A stretch of 64,000 nucleotides of DNA from positions 19,158,001 through 19,222,000 of the forward strand of contig CM120645.1 of assembly GCA_051362555.1 (NCBI GenBank). The letters run 5' to 3'. Position 1 is the stretch's first letter. The number at the start of each line of letters is the position of its first letter. The DNA comes from Lingula anatina (Eukaryota; Animalia; Brachiopoda). Of this stretch, positions 53,332 through 64,000 are shown piece by piece. The notes beneath the pieces were generated by a model, which worked only from the letters and a program-made list of their open reading frames with translations, had not been told where the DNA came from and ran no database searches. The position numbers and the translations under genes are program-made.

Positions 53332-54535
53332 AATTTTCTTTTTGAAATTTTTTCTTCCGTTCACTGAAATCAAATCCACAATTTTTAACTTTTAAAGCAA
53401 AAGGAAAAAAAAAAAGGCACCATTTTTAATTAAACAATTTGTAGACTAAGCGCAGAAACCATTTGTAATCCTATGGGTGAGCAATAAGATACTAGTAATA
53501 TTAAGTATAACAGAAATTCTTTGGATGGTAATGAAAATGAATTGCATACATTTTTTACACTTCCTCATCATGGACCAGTCTTAAAGCATTTACAGTTAAC
53601 AGTAGTGGATGACAACAAATAGCACCACACCCAAACACAGTGCTGCCCCCTATCCTTTCCAATATAAACTACAGGCAACGTATCAGGTTGTGTAGAATAT
53701 AAATAGATCGCAGTCAAAGTGGATACCACTTTCAATCCTTCCTACCTTTAACTGTCAGCAGCTCCTGGCATTTCTTTTAACATGTTGTAAATGCACTAAA
53801 TGCCCTCAAATAAAACAGATCAAATGCATTGATGGTATAGCTAGCTTGCACACTTTTTTGCATTGACAATCAAATTCAGAAAATGCATGTTTTTTAGTTT
53901 TTTTTCTTTTTTTTTTTGGAAGTCCTTCTTTTCTTATATATGATATACTGTGTTCAAAATGTGAGAACTTCAGTTTCCACATGTTTTCTTTGCATTCAAA
54001 GTTGAAAATAGGCCTAATTTCATAGATTTCAAGACCGCTGAGTTTTAATTCTCTGCTGCTGGCTAATTTTGTCAAAATTCAATTTTTCAAGTGGTAATTA
54101 TATCAAATGCAAAAAAAAAAAAAAAAAAAATTAATAATGCAATAAATGATGTGTTTGCAATTTGTAAGTAATTTCCCTCATCCTTTCACGGATTTTTTTT
54201 ATTAATCCCAATCTGACTATTCTGCATAAAATCTTATTCATCACACAGCTTCCCCAGACAAGCCATAAAAGCATATGTATCCACACCAGAAGGCATCTAT
54301 TGCCATGACCTTCAAAAGAGATCACTAGAATATCGCATAGCTCCACAAATCATATCTAAAGAGAATTCTTAATCACTGAACTACATTTACCTGGAGTGAG
54401 GAAGCAAGTTGAGGTGAGAAAACTGAGTGTTCAGTGCAGAGCATTTCCAGGGGTGACATCTTTATTTAGACCCCACGAAATATGTACCTCAGTATGTGTA
54501 GTATGTAAATAGTGTGCATCCTAGGCATCTCTTAC

Positions 54536-54557
54536 CTCATACTCCTCCAATACTCAT
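54536..54557 (-). CDS. Candidate 22-nt exon (xEYWRSM-, phase 1 to 2)
   Basis: Acceptor tattttcatccatgcatgtaatag|, donor GAG|gtaaga. Its end phase fits the 24414-24451 exon read as R-CEKWAKGRQYTD. Confidence 0.35.
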
Positions 54558-55160
54558 CTATTACATGCATGGATGAAAATATGACATTTACAAAAAAAAA
54601 AAAAAAAATTCCACAAAAATATATGTATTTTTATGTATTTTTTCTTTTTATTTTGTGTTTTATGACAAAACTTTAACTCGTCCAGGCAAAAAGGTACGGA
54701 CTTAAAAAAAAATCACAGAATAAAAGAAAGTCTGATTCTTCAGAAACCAGAAAGAGAAACTGATCCAACTTAGGACTGCACTTAACAGTGCCATTAAATT
54801 TTTGTTCTTTCCTTTAGTAGTAGAAATACTTAAGTTTTTATCCAAAGATTATTGATGATGGTGATGACCTTGATATTTGGCAACCAGGGTACAGATCAAT
54901 TGCTCTTTAATAGTACAAACTGAGCTGATTAATGAAACAGGGCTGGTGTTACATGCATTAAGTACAAACATGGAAAGCTATGGGCACGCTCTTCAGTCTA
55001 GACAGTTCAGACTGCTCAAAAAATGTCAGGGTTTTTTCACCAAGGTAAGGGCACCGAGTAAACTCTACCAGAACCACTTGGCACGTGTATGACACATGGA
55101 AACATTCCACCTGTGCAGGGAGAAATTAGCTGAAATATTAATATAACCCGGCCTCTGAGA

Positions 55161-55234
55161 TAGAAGTGCTCCTGTGCTCTCTCTCTCCGAGCCAAAGTTT
55201 AGAAGTGCTCCTGTGCTCTCTCCGAGCCAAAGTT
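55161..55234. repeat. Short tandem duplication (tagaagtgctcctgtgctctc..tccgagccaaagttt x2)
   Basis: Direct reading. Confidence 0.85.
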
Positions 55235-56392
55235 TGCTCAAATATTTACCCATCATGCAACTTTTGGTGGTGGATTACCTTGAAGATTTCTACTTATAAC
55301 CAATAGCTCAGGTTACACCTGTAGTTTGTACCGCCACAAGTGCTCTGGGGGCTACATGACTGCATGTTTCGAGCCATAAAACAAGTGATACTGGTTGCAT
55401 ACATAGTTTCCTGGTTATAGGAAACCTCATCATTAAGGGAAAAGATTACGACCAAATATTCCAATGCAGTGGCCATGATCAAGTGGAATCTACTAGATTA
55501 GCTAATCAACCATATTTTGACCAATTTTTTTTTATTTTTTTTCAGATATGAATATTTGTCAGTCACTTACCTTACAGGATTCTTCTGCTCATTTGTATGT
55601 GTTGAATTTTCCTTTTCTTTCTTCCCATTTTCTTTTCACTTCACACAACAAAGCAGAACCACATGCACTTCTTATTTATACATTCCATTATCTTCCTAGA
55701 AAAAACAGAAAAACCTGAAATGTTTTATTCATCATAAATTCCAACAACATTTTGCAGATCATTCATACTCGATTGGCAGTAGTCACAAGGTTCAGTCTAT
55801 CACACTTCTTAAACTACACAAGAAGCTTCTTTCTTTCATCCAAGGTGCTAGGAAAAAAGGTCAAAGAAAGTGAAAAATATTTAAATTTATATTAGTAATT
55901 TAAAAAAAAGATCCTATTTTTTATTTAAGTATTTAATTTGGATTCCATGGAAATAAATCATTTTATGCAAACAATTTGCAGTAGCCCCAGCCCTGGGTAT
56001 AACTGTGAGGACATAAAGGTCAAATCTTCGAGTGATTTATCTCCGCAATTCCTGGAACTTGCACAGGAAAGCATTTCTGGCAATTATGTGACTTAAATTG
56101 TAATATCTAGGACGTCTCTGACGCACACGGAATACTGGCATCGCATCACATCCCTTTTAACACCAGGTCAACTATGCCATATTTGCTTCCTCTTTAAATT
56201 GCAGGCCTGCCCAGTAGATCATCGTCATCAATCTTAGATGCTGCAAAAGTGTTCATTTTCACAGAAATCTAGAGTAGCAATCTGGTGGGGCAGGCTAAGT
56301 GGCCATGTATCTCTCCAATCTTAAAGATATCTGGACAGTCGGAAGATGAAATATGTCTGAAGCAACATGTTGTCTGTGAACCACACATCTAA

Positions 56393-56694
56393 GATCGCAT
56401 TCACAACGAGTTGGGCCATGGCTTTACAAATCCTGGAACTAAATATGGCGGACGTACATGAAAAAAAAACTGCCTAATTTTTTAATAATCTCTTCGCCTC
56501 TCACATGCCTCCCCATGTGTCGTCCCAATGGAGCCGAGATTTAATGACTGTACCCCCGCAGGGACGACGCATGGGGAGGCGTGTGAGAGGCAGAGAGACT
56601 ATTAAAAGATTAGGCGGTTTTTCTTTCATGTACGTTTGCCATATTTAGTTTCAGGATTTGTAAAGCCATGGCTCAACTCATTGTGAATGCGATC
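56393..56694. mobile_element. Fold-back (near-palindromic) Harbinger-like MITE, ~300 bp
   Basis: taa|gatcgcattcacaa ... ttgtgaatgcgatc|taa. Arms of about 130 bp are complementary with scattered mismatches. Confidence 0.85.
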
Positions 56695-56697
56695 TAA

Positions 56698-56926
56698 GGC
56701 TGTATTCACAACCAAAGTTTATCTGTGGACTCACAGATCTACGAATCAAATATGGCTAAACCACGTGAAAGCTAACTAAACTGTGTAATTTCCATGGGGA
56801 ATGGATCCAAGTTTTACATGCTAGGCATGTGTGCAGGCTGGGAGACTATCAGGGGTTTAAGGCAGCTTGCTTTTTATTGGGGTTGGCCATATTTAGTCCG
56901 TGGATCAACTTGTTTTAAATGGGCCC
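56698..56926. mobile_element. Family B-related Harbinger-like MITE abutting the fold-back element through one TAA
   Basis: Starts ggctgtattcacaac. Contains the caaatatggc ... gccatattt sub-terminal pair seen in 21915-22099. Confidence 0.6.
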
Positions 56927-59589
56927 TCAGTGTTGTTGGTGGCATAAAATTTACTTTAGACTACTTAAAGTAGCCCCTGTTTAACTTGTCATCTCCAATT
57001 ATCTGAAACAAATCTTGTGACATATTTATTTTTTTCTTTTTTCTTTGTTATTAGTTGTAGGTTATGAAAAATTTCCCAACCTGAATATTCACAAAACCTG
57101 TGCAAATTTTTCTTGGTTCTAAAACATCCTTAAGACCAGTCTTCTGTATTTGGACATTCATAATTTCTTATACAGTATTATACTTAAAATCCCAAATCAA
57201 AATTTCAGTTTAATCTTTATCTTTCTTAAACATATACAATTTCAAATGTTTCAAAGTATGGTGAGAAAGGCATATAAAAAGGGGGAAAAAAACATGATAC
57301 AGATCCCACTTTAATGAAATCATATAAAAAATGAGAGTAACTCTTACATATAAAGAAACTCGGGTAAAAAAGAATAATGCAAACCACCCAAGTGGCCAAA
57401 TTAGGATAATGGGCATGTTTTGGCAGTTAGTGTTTCAATGCGGCACTCGCGGCACAAATAAATAACTGGTGAAGACCATTAAAAGCTGATGACTAGTCCT
57501 CAGTTATGCAACTTCGTTTTCATTATTGACAACCATGTGAAGGGGATGACGGGGGGGGGGGGGGGGGGGGGGGGGGGGTAAATTCAGCCACTTATGACAA
57601 AAATTCAAACTCTACCCCTGCTCCAACATCGTACAACCCTAACAAGGCTGAAGAATAAATGACCTTTATGCTTTAAAGTACGTCTTTACATTTTACTTTT
57701 CTAACATTTAAAGACATCTTGAGAACCAATTAAATAACTTATTTTAAGGTTTCTTTACAATTACTACCTAGATACCCAGGTAAACATCGCAAACAAGACA
57801 TATTACTGAAATTTAATTGCACTCGGAACCTTTGCACTAGAGGGATTACGTGAGTTCGTCTTCCTAAAACTCTTTACTGTAGCTACTTGCATTTCTAAAC
57901 ATCCCAAAGGCCATGCACTAATGCTTCAAAAAATATATTACATGGAAAGTTTTTTTCAGACTGCAGTGTTTGGAATCCAAATTAAATAAAAATATATATA
58001 GCATCTTCTAAAAAGTTACCAAGTGTCAAGCATATAAACTGGTTCCCTGCGTGAGAAGAATCAAATGTTTGTTGTCACATTTTTAATAATCAGATACTAA
58101 GTTGCCTTTAACATAAATGAAAAGATTAATTTATTTTTGAAAAAAAAAAATCGAAATTGACTGATGTTAAGGGTGAAAATTAGTATATGTAAGCCAATTT
58201 TTTTTTAGTTCTAAGTTTTAACGTTAACCACCATGAGTGAAATCCACCAGACTATCCATTACAAGAGTGACTCAAAACCTCAACTCAAAACTCAAAAACT
58301 GCTTCATATAGCTTTATTCTATAAACCGTTTTTCATATGGTATGCCTTGATGAACATGGAAAAGTGCTGAAATCTGTAAAAATGCTTTATTATATATAAT
58401 ATATATATAATTGCATCCCTTAAAGCACTATAAATTCAACGGTACAACAAACGTCTGAGGCGAAATATCTTCCTTCTGGCATGAAACTTTATTAAAGAAG
58501 CCAGGAACCATCTTAAAAAACCATTAAACCTCCTCCGTTCACACCACTAGGCCGTGCCGGGTGGAGTCGTAAAGCTTCCAAACACTTGTTTTTCTGCTGT
58601 CATGGGAACACTCCACTAACCGCAACCACTGAACGTGTTTGTATCATATTAACAATTTACATATCAAGTGCTGAGCCATGTGATCCGTGTGTGTCTCAAA
58701 GTAACTTAGTTTAGTGAAGGTGAAATGTTGTACCTGGATGCGTGTGTGTATGTGTGTATGTGTGTCACGTTCAAGGTGTAAAAGGGTCACGGTGTAAAAA
58801 TGTCATCTGCGGTCAAGGGGTAAAACATGTCTTCTACGGTCAAGGTGTGAAAAAATTGTCATCCTAAAAGAAATACTATCACTTTTAGGCTTGTTATGCA
58901 GTCAGTTGTATGTCAAGCAAGATAAAATGTCAAGAAAAAAAAAAAACACTTTCACAGTAATATAACCATATCATAATGACATAACAGAAGTATATTAAAA
59001 TGCAAAATTAACATAGACTAGATCGTGCGGAGTTCATTGTTTTGCACTGACATCTATGAGATATTTTACTATATATCAACACTTTAACACAGTGCAAATT
59101 CCACATCATTTGACAGCTTTTCCAGCCACAATTTCACTCGCACCCCATCCCCCCCCCCCCCTGTCTCCCCCCAGCAACAGACAAAACATGACATTCAGCA
59201 ACAAATACATCCCAAAACATAAAAACAATTTATGTGTCTGGGATATGATAAGAAATTAATAACCACGATTTTTCAAATAAATCATTTGCAGCTATTGAGA
59301 AAAAATTAACATTTGCCTTTTATTATAAGAGTATGATGGTTTGCTATGGAAGCCGTATTATAAGTAAGAAATATGATAGCAAAATGGATGGAATCAATAA
59401 AACATGTAAAGATGGGAGACAAATGAACTCTAAATTAATTAACCAGAGGGTTGTCATGACTTGTAAGATATATATCTTGCTGGGTAACTCAGTTCATTAG
59501 GAGTGCACTGCATAATTAGGTATAAATAATATTAGGACAATAAGTGCTTATATGTGATATTCATATAATATATTATGAACTAGACTATC

Positions 59590-60155
59590 TGAATACCTGT
59601 CACAGGTCAATCTCCTCCTTGCTATCACCTTTATCATTATAGTATGTTTGTTTATGTACACTTATGTGTATACAGTCATGTTAAATAGGGAGGAAGTATC
59701 AATTCTCTTCAGTTTTTCTTTATTCATGCTTTCATGATTTAATGCCCCTAAACTACAAAATAGTTAGCTTCTTTGAAATTACAGACGTAGATGAATTTGA
59801 GAATTTCAAGAAACACTTACATTTCTGAAACATTTCTAAAGACTTACATTTCTGAAACAGTGTATTGTGACTGAACAAGCAGTTTTAATTGTTTTGATCT
59901 TTTATTCTCTAGATTCTGCTTAATAGCCATCAACAACTCTAAGCATTGTCTATGACTCAAAATTTTAGTTTTTCTTTAATTAGCCATCTGTAATTGTCAT
60001 AATTAAGTCTTGATTTGCCATTTTAAGCTCTCAATTTTGTCACTTTAAAATCTTTACATATTGCAATATTTAGTTCTTAAACTGTAAGGAACACTAGGAT
60101 TTTAAATGTAATGGGCCATATAAAAAATAAATCATCACTATATTATATTATTAAA
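59590..60155 (+). mobile_element. Decayed L2/CR1-clade LINE 3' fragment
   Basis: Remnant translation APKLQNS..FEITDVDEFENFKKHL..LKTY resembles the ORF2 tail APxLWNxLP...FKxxLKT. It is followed by a T-rich UTR, tgtaagg...tataaaaaataaa and a (TAT)n-like tail. Confidence 0.5.
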
Positions 60156-63100
60156 ATAACATCATGTATTTTGATATGCCTGTGATCTGAGTTATACATA
60201 AATATATTCACAGGGGTTTTCAAGCATCATTGACATGTACATAGTTACAAGGTCATCAAGATGTTTTTCCCTGTTATTTCACAGTACATTTAGTAAAATT
60301 TTGATATTTACAACAAAAAACATGTTTTTTTTCTCCTAGTCATACTTGTTTGTGCATGATTTTCATAATTGAATGTTAATTCAAAATGGGAATGCACTGG
60401 AAAGTACTAATTTTTTATTTCTTTTTTTTTTCACAGTTCCACCAGTCAGATTACAGAAATGGGACTAACTACACACAGACATAGTATATCAGCAATACAA
60501 ATGAAATCTGTGACCAGACACGGCAAATAAATCTATCACCGTGTGGAATACCCATGACAATTACAGACATGATTTTCAGTAATAGTATCACTAAACCCAC
60601 TGCATTCACGAGACTACACGAGGCTCCACATAATTTCTAAACAATGAGCATCGCGGGGTCACAGTCACGCCAGACGCCCCCCTGTCACCCACCTATCCTC
60701 ATACCTTTGATAACACTGTCATCATACTATCAGTAACAAATAATACCAAGGCTATACTATGCCAATCTGTTTAAATTCCAATATGATATTACTCACTAGT
60801 TAAACAGTAATTACTCGTCCTTTTCAATGGGCAAAAATTATCAAACTTTCAGATAGAGAATTTTACTATAATTAAATCACAAAAATTATATTTCTGAATG
60901 GCATTTGTTGTGCTTTTAATGCATGGAATAGAAATGTAGAGTAGTCTGCTTTTCAATTTCATTGCTACCACTCAATATGAATGTTCTAATTTTATGCAAT
61001 TATGACTTAAAAATACAGTTTCTGTAAATTTCACAATGTCCCATTATTGAAAACATAGAGTAATTACCATACATGTATATCTGAATGTCCTCAATTACAA
61101 ACATCAATATCAGTATTGGTGCAACTCAGACTCTGGCCTACAGTACTGTGTAAAAACCATGTGTCTGCACGTGCTTTTGATCCATTAGTAGACCCACCCC
61201 TCCCCCTGCCCTGCCCATTTTTTTTTTTTTTCAAAACAAAATGCCAGATTCACCTTCCGTCCTTTCTCACTGGGGAAAATATAGCAAGGGCCGCAGAAGA
61301 ATTAATTCTTGCACTCCCTGCTGCATAAGACCCATTGGATCACCTTCTTAAATCATTTTTCATTTCTTTTGTTACTTATTTATTTTCTAACCTATTAATT
61401 ATTAATTTTCACATATTTTTGCTGAGGGTTAGGGTGCAGGGGCAAGGGACTAAAACTGCCCCCTTCTTGGAATCGTGTTATCAAATACTTCGGATTCCTC
61501 TCAAATATTTACATATATATATATACACACATCACCCTTCCCATCTAATCTTATCAAATCAAATTAGCCACAGTCAGAATAAATACTTTTTTATCTCAAA
61601 TTGTAGACGTCAAATCTGGTAATAATACGAGAGAGTTTCTCACATGTAGATGACCGTACTAGTAATCATATGGGTTTGGTACGCGACAGCATGTTGTGAC
61701 CAACTTGATTTGAGCATCATATGTCTGTCTGGGTGTGAAGGAGTGGCGTGTAAGTCAATAATGTGCCACATGATCTTCAATCACCAGACTGGCAATTCCA
61801 CAAGGATTAGTAATAAAACAAAAATAATACTACTAGTAGCCTTTTTTACAGAGCCATATAGTTTTAACAAAGATAGAGAGTGAGGGGGAGGAAAAGGGGG
61901 AAGAGAAAGATGGAGTAAGGACAATTATTTCCAAACCAAGTGTTCGTAGACAGAGCAGATTATTATATCAAATTTGGTAGGAGACATCTAGCCAATCACT
62001 GACAGTCTTTCATTTACTTAAACTCGCAGATTATTTATCTATCTTATCTAGACATCTGCTGAATTCCATTCATTGATTTCTACTGATAAATTAATCAGTT
62101 TGGTTCCCTTGTTGTAGCAATGGTACCACACTTCAAGATAACTAGTCGCCAATGTCTGGTACAAATATCATCAATATCACCTAGATTCACTTGTCACCTC
62201 TAATTACACACAATGGAAGGACATACAGGGGTCAGTCAACTTAGTATCATCGAATTTTAGGGTAGAATAAAAAAAAAGGTTGCTGAAGGCATTCTCTAGT
62301 TAGCCAATTGGTAACAGTTTTACAAACCGATAGATGCTATCAACTTATCTTCTAAATAAGTAATAATTAATTAAAATATTTCTTAAATACTTTAACAAGC
62401 CAAATTGAATTCTTTCTAACCACTTGGAGAATTATTAATGTGTAGCAAAGAACCTACACCCATTGGATAATAGAATATATTACATATTAGATATTGATTT
62501 TTTTAAAAATATTTTTTGTTCAAACAGGAATTACAGATCACCTTTTCAATAAAAACTGACTGAATACTCAAATTTGAAAATAATTCTTTTAAATTATTTA
62601 GTTTCTGAGAAAAATAACAGAAATTACAGGTGCAGTTTAGAGCTCTATAGTGGCTGATTGAGCCACTAAATCCATTTATCCCTTGACATTTCGGCTTTAT
62701 TTGCGTTGTATAAGAAACTAGAAGAAGTGATTTCTATGCATTACTGGGAATCCACACTGCACCAATGTTCAGTACAAGTGTACCTTTAAGCTTAATTTTG
62801 TACAGCCAAAACTACGACATTAAAGACACCAAAGAATGATTTGCAGTAACAGATATTTCATCTAATGACTTGCCAAATATAATAGTAGATCATTTCAAGC
62901 TAATAAATTACCAAATGTTCAATGAAATATAAAGTTTAAGAAAAAACATCTTCACACAGGCATGATAATGTAACATTTCTTTTAAAAATTTTCTGATGTC
63001 CTGAAAAGATATTGATGGTAATCTATTCAGCTTATTGTCAAGGTGCATATTAACAGTAGGCCTGTCTTGGAACTAAACCAACTGGTGTGCCCCCTATAAA

Positions 63101-64000
63101 CACATTCATAAACTATTTGAACTCCAAGCTGGAATACAAAAAAATAGCCACATAAAGCCATGTGGTGGTCAGAAAATTCATAGAAAAAAAGCCAATTCAT
63201 CTGAGTTATGACATTGATATTTACCTGATAACCCCTCCCCGTAAAAAAAAGGAAAATAAATAAATAAAGAAGGATACATAAACATACAGCACAAATCCTA
63301 TCTGAAGTTTACTAATACATAGGCATTATTAAGTTAGATGGCATTTTAGTCAAGTTTGCAGTGCTGTGAGGGAAACCATTTTCAAATGTTCATACCTTGC
63401 ATGTGACCACAAAGCTGTTTTGCCCTTCAAAATTTTATTTCTTTAATTGCTAATTAACCACTTTATCACAAACCCCCTGGCAGGCATGAAACATATTCCA
63501 CCTTCAGTAGATGGCCATTAGCATTATATTCGACATAGCATGCAAAACTAAATTACATAAAAGCATTTCCAGCATACTTCAATTATCACTAGCGAACTTC
63601 TCTAAGTGAGACATCAAAAACAAATCACATCTAAATAAAAGCAATGAAGACACTGTCTACTGAGGACAAAGGACCTCTGTTTTCACCATGCGGGGACAGG
63701 ACTCTAATTCAAGCAACAGTTGGCTGGTAGAGACCAATTAAAACCATAATGTGGTCTTATGGGGAACACGGCAATTTTTCCACCTGGATGCCCATCAGTT
63801 CGGTGAACCCCGTCTCGAAGCCGGGACTACTTTTTGATGGAATGTGAGATGACAGACACTGCAGACTTTCCGTGTCATCACAGTTTCCTTGTTCCTCCAC
63901 AGACACTTTTGCATACCACAGCACTAAGCTCTCCCCCTCCTCCCCCCCCCCTCCTGGAATTTTTTTCCCTGTTAAGACACAGGCTCGACCCCACTTAACC

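Noticed and set aside
59814-59860. Twin 4-nt microexons (cag|AAAT|gtaagt twice)
   Set aside because: Explained by a local duplication inside a decayed LINE fragment.

Overview
This is AT-rich eukaryotic (metazoan) genomic DNA. The repeat types and the lectin suggest a marine invertebrate, possibly an echinoderm, but that is inference. The window looks mostly intronic. The only clearly recognisable protein-coding unit is an intronless, signal-peptide-bearing SUEL/rhamnose-binding (latrophilin-type) lectin ORF at 2888-3319 (-). A series of small minus-strand exon candidates with good splice signals (5251-5294, a 15-nt microexon at 6624-6638, 24414-24451, 34613-34696, 41025-41042, ~51075-51172, 54536-54557) suggests a large, unidentified, probably alternatively spliced host gene. 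The rest is non-autonomous DNA transposons (PIF/Harbinger-like MITEs with TAA/TTA TSDs, some stacked head-to-tail; CAG...CTG MITEs with 5-bp TSDs, one nested), LINE 3' remnants, a Penelope-type hammerhead-like core inside a 39-bp perfect inverted repeat, a 41-bp minisatellite, microsatellites, and several short ~90-100-bp-period arrays in which motifs are conserved and spacers have diverged. No rRNA, tRNA, CRISPR or prokaryotic features were seen, and most ORFs in the track look spurious.
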